This document shows, in pieces, positions 1 through 8,881 of a stretch of DNA of 38,327 nucleotides. Under the pieces are notes generated by a model. That model saw only the letters and a program-made list of their open reading frames with translations. It searched no databases and was not told the origin of the DNA. Where the stretch lies: the NCBI GenBank assembly GCA_016930515.1, contig JAFGGO010000171.1:1-38327 (forward strand), read 5' to 3'. Each line of letters begins with the position of its first letter. The first letter of the stretch is position 1. Source of the stretch: Promethearchaeota archaeon (lineage in GTDB: Archaea; Asgardarchaeota; Lokiarchaeia; Sigyniarchaeales; SOKP01). The translations under genes and the position numbers were made by a program.

Positions 1-3
1 TTA

Positions 4-594
4 ATGACAAAAATCAACATGACATATAAATGTGATATATGCGGTCAAGAGTTTAAAAGACCAACTAGTGCGACATCTTCAAAACACATAAATGGTATAA
101 GACATCAAGCAGCTTTACAAAAAAAAGGAATTAAACCATCTATAGAGGTATCAAAAAAAATAGTATCAAAAGCCAGAACTATCAACAGTACTCTCGATTC
201 CGAACTTAAAGAAATGAAAAAAAGAATTCTCTTCCTTGAGAAAGCATTCAATGTGATTCAAAATCAGCAAAACAAGATACTAAAACATCTTAATATTACG
301 GATTCTCAGCTGAAAGGGGGCATAAGTATTGATAGGTCATCTATAATAGGAAAAAATGAAATTTTAAGCGCTATTAAAAGATGCGTCCGTAATAACACGG
401 ACGGGAGTAGATGGGTTGCCTTAGATGATATCATAAGCATCCTCAAACTTCACAGGGAGGAGGATAGAAGTGTTTTAAACAAAATTTTAATAAGACTATT
501 CAATCAGAACTTAATTGATCTTTCCGAAGGAGGAGATCCTAAATACCCTGTATATCACCAAAACAGAATTTTTGGAATGGTTGCATTACAGTGA
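4..594 (+). CDS. C2H2 (matrin/U1-like) zinc finger + coiled coil + C-terminal winged-helix-like protein
   Basis: N-terminal C-x2-C-x14-H-x5-H (CDIC...HINGIRH), heptad-like segment LDSELKEMKKRILFLEKAF, and wHTH-like C-terminus (WVALDDIISILKL...LNKILIRLFNQNLIDL). TAATG at 2-6 suggests coupling to an upstream gene outside the window. Confidence 0.65.
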   Translation: MTKINMTYKCDICGQEFKRPTSATSSKHINGIRHQAALQKKGIKPSIEVSKKIVSKARTINSTLDSELKEMKKRILFLEKAFNVIQNQQNKILKHLNITDSQLKGGISIDRSSIIGKNEILSAIKRCVRNNTDGSRWVALDDIISILKLHREEDRSVLNKILIRLFNQNLIDLSEGGDPKYPVYHQNRIFGMVALQ

Positions 595-619
595 TTTTTA
601 TAAAGGGTTGAAAATAGAG

Positions 620-3280
620 ATGGATAAAAGCAAGAAAAAAAAGTTAGATCAGAAAATAATTAACAGCATAACTCCCTTTTCAAGATTATCATATAATAAG
701 GCGAAGAAGGTAGATATCTTTGTAGGAAGAGACAAATCCTTGAGGTACCTTACTGAATCCTTGTTCAAGTCCGTTTTTAACGATCAAAGCTTTGGAATTA
801 CCATATCAGGACCAGGAGGGTGTGGTAAATCTACTTTATTTGGCTATTTTATGCAATTAATTAATTCCCAAAAAATTTTTCAAGAAAAATATTGTTATTT
901 AAATAAAGACGATAGTAAAATCATAAGTTGTTTTATAGACGCTCCAAAAGGAGAGCCTACAACTTTAAAATATTTCTGGACATCAATAATTGACGCTTTA
1001 GCCGAAGAAAACAGGGATTTTTTAGAAGAATACAGTACTGTATTTATAAGAAAATGTATCTCTATTTTATGGAATAATAAAGTCCACAGAGACGAGATTA
1101 TTAGTATATTTTTGGATTTAATTCCAAACATTGAAGTTTTATTATCTAATAGCAGATTTGTAGAGATAGTAAATATAGATAATTTATTCAATTTTCTTAT
1201 ATCTAAAAACGGAATTTTAGACGACATATATAAAATCATTAAATTTGGATGGCGTATTTTACAGAAAAACGAAGTAACTTTTGGACTCTTGGGAAAAAGC
1301 GGTGATTTTAATCAGAAAAGATCGTTCAAATATGATAAGCGATATATTGATCTATTATTTAATGTTTTAAGCAGCGATCCTGACAAAAGTGCATCAGCTC
1401 AAAATATATTAAAAGGTGTTGAAGGGGATTTACTTAAATCTGACAGCGATGTAATTTCTCTATTTAATTGGTTAACGCAAACATGGGAATGGATGGAAGA
1501 AAAACCAGTCAGTTTTCTCGTGGGTATAGATAATATTGGATATTTAACTCAAAATATAAAAGATAAAAGTTCTGCGTTTCCACCTTTTATTCAGACCATT
1601 TTACAGATGAGAAATAAGTTGAAAAAATGCTTGTTTGTCTTAATAGCTACAAACGATGATTGGAGACAATTTAACACTTATACTAGTCAACACGAGGATT
1701 ATCGAACCCAATTACAAGGATTCTTGATAAATAGACTTGATTTGACTCGCCTTGTTTTAAGTGAAGTGCAAGAAGCATTAACAATGATAATGAATAATTT
1801 TTGGAGTGGATTGGGCATATTAGATCCATCAAATTCTGTTTATCCCTTTTCCGAATTGTTTTTTTCATATTTATATGAATATCACGCTCACGAATATCGC
1901 GCCATTTTAAACCATTTAAATCAAATATGGGGATATTATAAGACGAAGCTTAAAGTCCTACCTTTAACAAACCCTTTTAAAATGATTAATTTTGTTAGAG
2001 TAAAGACTTACGATTTATTCAGGCAAACATCTCAAGAAGCAAAAAACAAACTTTCAGAATTATTCTTCAGTAACTTGATCGAATGGGAAAAAAAACAAAT
2101 TAAAAATCAGTTTAATACCATTCAAGCTCGTCACTTGGGTAAAAAACAATCGGATATTGTGGAAAAAAAAGTAACTGAAGCACTCAGAGTCCTTCAAGAA
2201 AATGAAAATCCAAAACAGATAGAATGGGTTGAGCAAACGCCTCCTATTAATGTTGAAACAGAGAAAGGTAAGAGAACTCGCTATCCAGATGTGTATGTAA
2301 AACTAGCTAGAAACTCAATTTCAGATAAAAAACATACATTTGAAATTCAAGTAAAGATGTACGATAAGAATGGACATGTAAAGCTTAAAGAAATCGATTC
2401 TAGTATCGAATTACTCGAGCGGGCTTATACAGACGCTTTATTATTTTTAATAATAGGAGCAGGTTTAGAGGAAGCTGCGATTGAAGAAATAAATCGCTTA
2501 AATTTAGAAGATCGCGTTCTCAATTTTAAGCCTCTTGATTCTGAACAAGAAGAAGCTCTTTCTTTTCTAGTATTTTATGAAGATATTACAGGAAAAAAAA
2601 TTTCGGTTGACATTGTTAAGGAAATTCTGGAAATATTGTTTAAAGAACCCTGGAATCGTATAATAAATAAAATTAGGAATATTGGATCTTATCGTGCAGC
2701 TATGATTGAAGAAAAAATAAAGGAAAAAGAAAAACATACAATTATAGGATATGCCAAAATTCAAGGGACCCACCCAGGTTCTGAAACTCAATCAATCTCA
2801 ATAAATCCCCCAAAAATAGAAGAAAATACAATTAAAACTGAAATTGATATTAATTCTAATACGGGTAATTTGTTAAAACCTAAAAAAGTTGAAATTAATA
2901 ATGGGGAGCAAGAACAGCAAGGAGATAAAAGCGATTTCGATCAAATCCTTAAGGATTTACAGTTATCGGATTCAAAAATCCTTTTGACTAATGTTCATCA
3001 CAGATACAAAGATAGTAAAGCAGATTTAGAATTCATAATTAATACGGCAATCAAAAGAACCGATCGTTACAAGGGGAAAGTTACCAAAGCGTATCTTAAA
3101 AAAAAAGTACCTGCCCATTTATCTGACGAAAATATCAATGAATTATTCCTTCGGCTTAAAAACGAATATTCTAAAAACCAAATACCTCAAGAAGAGTGTC
3201 TCTTTTTATACGAGGGAACCTCCTTAGTTCTTACGGATATTGGTAAAAAATACTCTTCAATAATAAATAAAATAAATTGA
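620..3280 (+). CDS. Large P-loop ATPase (AAA+/ORC-Cdc6/STAND-like) with internal PD-(D/E)XK-like nuclease domain and probable C-terminal wHTH; putative defence protein
   Basis: FVGR motif, Walker A GPGGCGKST (809-835), Walker B-like FLVGIDN, sensor-like FVLIATND, YPFS lid motif, and RYPDVYV...FEIQVK. ATG at 620 is preferred over the track start at 515, which overlaps the previous gene. Confidence 0.75.
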   Translation: MDKSKKKKLDQKIINSITPFSRLSYNKAKKVDIFVGRDKSLRYLTESLFKSVFNDQSFGITISGPGGCGKSTLFGYFMQLINSQKIFQEKYCYLNKDDSKIISCFIDAPKGEPTTLKYFWTSIIDALAEENRDFLEEYSTVFIRKCISILWNNKVHRDEIISIFLDLIPNIEVLLSNSRFVEIVNIDNLFNFLISKNGILDDIYKIIKFGWRILQKNEVTFGLLGKSGDFNQKRSFKYDKRYIDLLFNVLSSDPDKSASAQNILKGVEGDLLKSDSDVISLFNWLTQTWEWMEEKPVSFLVGIDNIGYLTQNIKDKSSAFPPFIQTILQMRNKLKKCLFVLIATNDDWRQFNTYTSQHEDYRTQLQGFLINRLDLTRLVLSEVQEALTMIMNNFWSGLGILDPSNSVYPFSELFFSYLYEYHAHEYRAILNHLNQIWGYYKTKLKVLPLTNPFKMINFVRVKTYDLFRQTSQEAKNKLSELFFSNLIEWEKKQIKNQFNTIQARHLGKKQSDIVEKKVTEALRVLQENENPKQIEWVEQTPPINVETEKGKRTRYPDVYVKLARNSISDKKHTFEIQVKMYDKNGHVKLKEIDSSIELLERAYTDALLFLIIGAGLEEAAIEEINRLNLEDRVLNFKPLDSEQEEALSFLVFYEDITGKKISVDIVKEILEILFKEPWNRIINKIRNIGSYRAAMIEEKIKEKEKHTIIGYAKIQGTHPGSETQSISINPPKIEENTIKTEIDINSNTGNLLKPKKVEINNGEQEQQGDKSDFDQILKDLQLSDSKILLTNVHHRYKDSKADLEFIINTAIKRTDRYKGKVTKAYLKKKVPAHLSDENINELFLRLKNEYSKNQIPQEECLFLYEGTSLVLTDIGKKYSSIINKIN

Positions 3281-3302
3281 TGTTTAAAAAAATCAAAAAA
3301 AA

Positions 3303-5237
3303 GTGAAAAAGATGAAGATAAAGCAAGTCGAAATTCGCAATTTCCGTTCAATCAAGGATGTTTCTTTTAATTTATTATCTTATATGGTATTCGTGGGAAA
3401 GAACAACTCTGGAAAGTCCAACTTAATGGTTGCCCTCAATGCCTTTTTCTCGTGTGATGTTGGATCGAATGATTTTCGTAAGCAAAAAGGACAACAATCG
3501 AAAAAGCTAAGCATCATTGTTCATTTTTACCAACTGAATAAAAGGGAACAAAAGATTTACACGGGAAAACTCAAGAACGAAGGAGAAAAAGACGAACAGT
3601 TAGTGTTAAGGTTGAGAGCTGATTTATCTAAAGACGGAAAAGTCAATACGATTTATGAATACCTCTCACAATCGCTCAAGCTAGATAATACCCAAGCGCA
3701 AGCTCGTTATGGTCCACTTTTTGAAGATACAACATATAAATCCGTTCCCAAGCTTCTTGAACACCCTCACACGCCTCAAGAATTTAAGAAACAGGTCGAG
3801 GCGTTCGTGGAAAAAAAAGGTCAAAAACGCCTGACGAAGCAGGAATATACCGATCTCAGAGACGATTTCGTAAAAGACCTCCTTAAAAAACATCCCTCAT
3901 TAGGCAAGGAATCGTTTGAAGCAATAAAAATCACCTCCAGAAATTGTTCCAAGATGCTTGGAAATTTCTTTTTCATTCCCGCCGTGCAAGACGTGGAAGA
4001 AGAAACGAGGTACACGGCAAAAGGAAAGAAAAGTCTTAACCATCTCATGAATTACGTTCTCGACCAAATGCAGGATTCAGAAAATAGGGCGCTAAAAGAG
4101 CGAGAGATTCGGAGCCTGCTTACTGAATTATACCACCTCGAGGAGGAAGGTTCAGAGATCAACAAGCTAAAAGGAATGCTTAACGAACAACTTGCTTTAT
4201 TCGACAATTCGGAGCTTACCTTCGACACGCGGTTGCCCAACCTATCGAAAATGATAAGAGATTCGCTCAGGATTTACATCGATGACGGCATCAAGACGGA
4301 AGTCCAATACAAGGGGCACGGCTTGCAGCGATACTTCATGGTGGTGTTATTTAAAGCGTGGTCCGAGAAATTAAAAGAACAAAAAAGGGAGAAAAAGGAA
4401 GCTTCTATCTCCACATACTTCTCCATTGAAGAGCCCGAGCTTTTCCTTCATCCCCAGTTCCAACGCATGATGCGGATATACCTCCAGAAAATCGCAGAAG
4501 ACGAGGAGCATCAGATAATCCTCAACACCCATTCCCCGCATTTTATCGAGTTTAACGACATTTTTCAGGTCGCCAAGGTGCTAAAGACAGACGATGAGCG
4601 TACCACGATCGTCCAACCTCTTGAGTTCGATGAGAAGGGCAATCAAGTCGAAAAGGAAATGGTCTGTACATAGGGCACTCGAGCTCAAAAACACAAGTAT
4701 AGCAATATCAATCAAGTTAACATGAATTATTTCTTGAATCCCGAGCGAAACGAGCTGTTTTTCGCAGACAAGGTCGTATTGGTAGAAGGGCAAACGGAAA
4801 AGATGCTCTTTCAAGCGTGGGCTAATCATTTCTACAGAGATGATATTGCTCTTCTTAGTCAGGTAACTTACATCGATTGCGTGGGCAAGTTTAATTTCCA
4901 ACAATTCATCAAGGTACTCGGAGAATTTCAAATTCCGTTTGTTGCCATATACGACACGGATTCTAACAACCCAGAGTTTGATCCGACCAAGAATATTCAC
5001 ATCAAGCGCGCAGTAAGCGAGCAAGGGGGCAAATATTTTGAACTCGATCCAGATTTTGAGGGAGAATTTAAAATCGAAGAGGAAGAACTTGGAAAGAGAG
5101 GACAAAAGAAGCACAAACCATACTATGCTTTCACTCAATTTTTTGAGGTTGATGGAACGCCAAAAGAAGAGCAACTTAAATTCATCGAAATGCATCCTAA
5201 ATTAAGATTAATTTTCAAGGAGATTTATCAAGTATAG
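3303..5237 (+). pseudogene. OLD-family ATP-dependent endonuclease (ABC ATPase 3303-4673 + TOPRIM 4722-5237) interrupted by a single in-frame TAG at 4671-4673; pseudogene, split gene or readthrough
   Basis: IRNFRSI, Walker A GKNNSGKS, signature KGHGLQR, Walker B IEEPELFLHP, H-loop THSPHF, then TOPRIM motifs LFFADKVVLVEGQTEK and YDTD. Both ORFs share a frame and the 16 codons between them are open. Confidence 0.85.
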
Positions 5238-5332
5238 TAAATGATTAATTTTATTGATGTATAGGATTTTTAATAATACATTCAATCTTATTTTTCGTTG
5301 TTCTAATAATAATTTACCGATTAATTTAAAAT

Positions 5333-6007
5333 TTATAGGTTATAAAAGTTACAAATATCAGTTAAAGGACAATTTTCGCATTTGGGTTTTTTAGGAGTAC
5401 ACAATTCTATTGATAGATCTAATAAACCATAATTAAAATTCACATAATCATTTTCGGGAACGACTTGTTCTGCAAATTCCCATAATTTATTATCGTTCGT
5501 GGCTTTTGATTTTATGGAACTAATATTAAAGAATCGTTCAAACAACCTGACGATATTATTATCCAATAATGGTCTTTTTTCTCCAAATGCAAAGCATAAG
5601 ATAGCATTTGCGGTATATTTACCTATCCCCATTAAAGATTTTAATTGTTTGTATGTCTTAGGTATCTCTCCATTGAAATCTTGCTGAATTTGTTCGGCTA
5701 ATCGTTTTAACATATCAACCCTCTTATGTAATCCCAGAGATCCCATCAATTTCCTGCCAGTTTTAATTTTCATATTTGAAAGGTGTTCTATTGAAGGATA
5801 TTTTTTAATAAATTCAATAAAAATCGGCTCAACCTGTGCGGCTTTTGTGCGTGTTAAGAAATATTCACTGATTAAAACCTTATATGGAGTCTTATCCTTG
5901 CGCCAAGAATATTTATCAATGCTTTGAATTGATATTTCTGATATAACATTTTTAAATTTTTCAAGGACAACTTTAGGTACTTCGAATAGATTATCCAGTT
6001 CTGTCAT
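5333..6007 (-). CDS. HhH-GPD DNA glycosylase with 4Fe-4S cluster, MutY/MIG family (probably T/G-mismatch glycosylase)
   Basis: PYKVLISEYFLTRT, HhH motif LMGIGKYTANAILCFAFG, catalytic LDNNIVR and FCL motif CTPKKPKCENCPLTDIC. No MutY C-terminal domain; adjacent to a C5-MTase remnant. Confidence 0.85.
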   Translation of the reverse strand: MTELDNLFEVPKVVLEKFKNVISEISIQSIDKYSWRKDKTPYKVLISEYFLTRTKAAQVEPIFIEFIKKYPSIEHLSNMKIKTGRKLMGSLGLHKRVDMLKRLAEQIQQDFNGEIPKTYKQLKSLMGIGKYTANAILCFAFGEKRPLLDNNIVRLFERFFNISSIKSKATNDNKLWEFAEQVVPENDYVNFNYGLLDLSIELCTPKKPKCENCPLTDICNFYNL

Positions 6008-6112
6008 AAAGATTATGATATTAATAAATTAAAAAATATTCAATGTTAACTATAATAAAAGACCAAATTTAACTTATTTTTATTTAAATACAATGAAAGA
6101 ATTATTTAAATT

Positions 6113-6865
6113 ATGAGTACAAAAAATCTCACAGCAAATAGGGGAGAATGGAGTGAACTATATGTTTTCTTTAAATTACTTTCAGACGGAGAATTGTATG
6201 CAGCCGATGGTGATCTCAATAAAATCAACAATATTTATTATCCGATTGTTAAAATAATACGAGATGAAATTGATGGCAAGTGGGATTATTACAGAAATTC
6301 CAAAATAAAAATTATAAATGCTCAAACCAAAGAAATCGTCCAAGAAATCCCGATAAGTGATTTTGAACTTAATGCCAAAAATTTATTGAATACTCTTAAA
6401 GATAAAAAAAATAAAGGGAGTTTTTCTCTACCATCTATTGAAAATTTTATGAAAGCAATTAAATGTAATTCGATTAAACTTAGACCAACTGAAAAAAGAG
6501 ATATAACCATCGTTGTTCACGATCTCAGAACAGGTAAAAAGCCAACTTTAGGATTTAGCATTAAATCCCAAAGGAACTTAGTACGAGATATTATCAAATA
6601 TAAAGCATGGAAGAAAGGATTAGATCCTTTTAAATACAGAAATGATGAAGGGATAAGGAAGATGACCGAGCGCGAATGGGCGCGACTTCAGGGATTTCCC
6701 GAAGATTTCAAATTTCCCGTGTCAATGACGCAGGCATATCGACAATTAGCAAATTCAGTTCCAGTACCCGTAATAAAAGCAATAGCGTTAGAAATAAAAA
6801 AGTCTCTTGAAAATAAGATTGATTTGAAATCCAAGCTCGAAAAATATGCAGTAGTTGATAACTAA
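6113..6865 (+). pseudogene. In-frame chimera: N-terminal half of an HpaII-family restriction endonuclease (to ~6571) fused to the C-terminus of an HpaII-like C5 DNA methyltransferase
   Basis: NRGEWSELYVFFKLL...KRDI...LGFSIKSQ is typical of the HpaII REase family. RNLV...GIRKMTEREWARLQGFP...AYRQLANSVPVPVI corresponds to C5-MTase motifs IX-X. MTase motifs I-VIII are absent. Confidence 0.85.
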
Positions 6866-6930
6866 ACATATCAAACTTTTATTTTTCAAAAATAAACGGA
6901 GTTTTTTATCTTCTACTTTAAATAGGATAT

Positions 6931-7629
6931 ATGAAAGAGAGCGTAGGATTAGATTTTATAAAATATAATTTTAAAGCAGATAATATTAATGAAATTATAT
7001 GTCTTCAGAATAAAGCAGATATATTCAATGAGAATCCAAATATAATTTTTACATTTATAATTGAAGGACTAAAAGTTAATGAAGAACTGATTGATGAAAT
7101 TAATTTATTACCTGAAATAGAACAGCGACTTCAAAAAATAGAACAACTTGGGGGAATTATAAAATATTCTGACCTTAAGGATGAAAAATTTAAGTCCAAT
7201 TTGCTTATGATTGATACTAATTTACCGAATTTAATTGGAGATATTTTATTAGCCTATTTTAAGGGAATATCAGAAAATATAAATGAACTTTTAGAATATG
7301 TCAAAGAAAATAATCCACTAAATATATGTGAAAATTATTTACACGAATTTTATGATAATAAAACAAAGAAGTTTTTATCCTACATAATAATTTCAGAAGA
7401 ACAAAATAATATAGTAGGAGATTTCAATCTGAATCCAAATAGATATATAGTATTAAAAAATGATAAAATTGGAATACTTAATGCCTATAATTTAGAGAAA
7501 TTTGAGGATAATCTCTTAGATAATGCGAAATTAAGTTCAGACAATAATCTGAATACTTTTGGTTATATTTTTATGTTCAATTCTTTAATATTTATTAATC
7601 TAAAGTTAAACATAGATTTCAATTTATAA
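6931..7629 (+). CDS. Divergent protein resembling the C-terminal two-thirds of an HpaII-family restriction endonuclease
   Basis: FKSNLLMIDTNLP, ENNPLN, HEFYDNKTKKFL, FEDNLLDNAKL, FGYIF and LKLNIDF parallel the HpaII-family C-terminal motifs as I recall them. The N-terminal catalytic region is missing. Confidence 0.65.
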   Translation: MKESVGLDFIKYNFKADNINEIICLQNKADIFNENPNIIFTFIIEGLKVNEELIDEINLLPEIEQRLQKIEQLGGIIKYSDLKDEKFKSNLLMIDTNLPNLIGDILLAYFKGISENINELLEYVKENNPLNICENYLHEFYDNKTKKFLSYIIISEEQNNIVGDFNLNPNRYIVLKNDKIGILNAYNLEKFEDNLLDNAKLSSDNNLNTFGYIFMFNSLIFINLKLNIDFNL

Positions 7630-7906
7630 TTTTAGCCTAATGAATTATTTTAAATTTAGAACATTCTTTTTTATCAAGAATTATCGGAAATAAGTTCGTG
7701 AAACCGTTATTTCGCGTTGTTTTATACATACTAATATGCTATTGGGGTATTACTTGGATATTATAACAAAGAAAAAATAAATTTTTTAAAAACATCTTGA
7801 TCTTAACCTTCTTTTTTTAATATCCATTATAAGCATGATAGAAATTATAATGATGATAAAATATTATTAATATAATCCAATATGAAAACTTGAGGTTTTA
7901 TTTAAT

Positions 7907-8160
7907 TTGGGTACTGTAATGCTAAAGAACGATACAAAAATCAAACTGACTAAAATTGCAGCTGACCTTCAAAAGCAAAGAGGTAAACGAGTAGATTTTG
8001 ACGAAGCCATATCTTATTTAGTAAATTTATATAATAATCAACAAACTAATTGGAATTTGTTTGAAGAATTCTGTGAACCATTGAAAGGTGCTACTAAGAA
8101 TTAATCGAAGAATTATATAAAGGACGTGAAGAAGACGAAAAAAAGGTCCGTCTCGATTGA
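7907..8160 (+). pseudogene. VapB-type antitoxin with apparent 1-nt frameshift near 8098
   Basis: Small ORF with TKIKL...FDEAISYL antitoxin-like pattern upstream of a PIN gene. It stops at 8104, but a shifted frame continues ELIEELYKGREEDEKKVRLD* to 8160, overlapping the PIN start. Confidence 0.6.
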
Positions 8161-8557
8161 TGCCAGCTGCTTGATTGCAGTCCAAGCAAGCGAATCTCTA
8201 AGCGAACTTTTTAAGGATAAGATAAGAAAGAATTGGAATGCATTTTGTTCTGAATTCGCCCTAATTGAAACATCTTATATCTTATGCCGAACATTTGGCA
8301 TCGAGATCGCAGAAAAAAAAATGATGGCGCTAAAAGAAAGTGGAATTATTCAAATCGAACCAATTTGTAAAGTAAGCAAGGAAGCGTCATTAATTAAATG
8401 TAATCGACCAATAGGCATTGGTGATTGCCTTACAATTGCGTTAGCTAAATCCATCAATGGAGATGCTATCTTTTGTAATAAAGAACGAGAGCTATTTACT
8501 ACATTAGATAAAAAACCTTTTGATGTTAAAATCATATTTCTTGAAGATATTATTTAG
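8126..8557 (+). CDS. vapC: PIN-domain (VapC-like) ribonuclease toxin
   Basis: SIDASCLIA, ALIETSYILCR, IGIGDCLTIALA and terminal ERE give the PIN acidic-residue pattern; 143 aa. Confidence 0.8.
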   Translation: MKKTKKRSVSIDASCLIAVQASESLSELFKDKIRKNWNAFCSEFALIETSYILCRTFGIEIAEKKMMALKESGIIQIEPICKVSKEASLIKCNRPIGIGDCLTIALAKSINGDAIFCNKERELFTTLDKKPFDVKIIFLEDII

Positions 8558-8569
8558 AGATATTCCTAG

Positions 8570-8881
8570 GTGAAAGTAACGGGAAAGGTCATATCAGTTA
8601 GAATTAATAAAAATTTGGAAAAAATAGTTGAGAGGTATTCAAAGGAAAGGAAGGAGGGCGCGGACCAATCCGAAATAATACGCGAGCTCATCGATAGCGG
8701 AAGCGTATATTTAGCCTTAAAAGGATACGCTCAAGGAAAATATTCAATTGGAAAAGCAACTTATTTAGCAAACCTCCCTTTGTCCGAGTTCATGGATTTA
8801 ACGATGGAACTCGGGATTAAATCTAAAATAGATAAGGAAGATTTGCTTGAAGGATACGAAAATTTCAAAAATCTTTTTTAA
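8570..8881 (+). CDS. UPF0175-family antitoxin-like protein (RHH + HTH)
   Basis: VISVRI...QSEIIRELI (RHH-like) followed by YAQGKYSIGKATYLANLPLSEFMDL..ELGI. Confidence 0.75.
   Translation: MKVTGKVISVRINKNLEKIVERYSKERKEGADQSEIIRELIDSGSVYLALKGYAQGKYSIGKATYLANLPLSEFMDLTMELGIKSKIDKEDLLEGYENFKNLF
8843..8881 (+). repeat. 39-bp imperfect direct repeat, copy 1 (3' end of UPF0175 gene)
   Basis: ttgcttgaaggatacgaaaatttcaaaaatcttttttaa; 35/39 identical to 14279-14317. Confidence 0.85.

Noticed and set aside
515-619. Track start of the 921-aa ORF at TTG 515
   Set aside because: It overlaps the preceding gene by 80 nt; ATG 620 lies just after that gene's stop and before the first conserved motif.
4581-5195. 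204-aa minus-strand ORF and the many other short overlapping ORFs in the track
   Set aside because: They are antisense or alternate-frame shadows of well-supported genes and carry no recognisable motifs.
3303-5237. Gabija (GajA) call
   Set aside because: No UvrD-like GajB gene is adjacent in this window.
7687-7713. Short inverted repeat gaaataa...ttatttc
   Set aside because: A 7-bp AT-rich stem is expected by chance at this composition.
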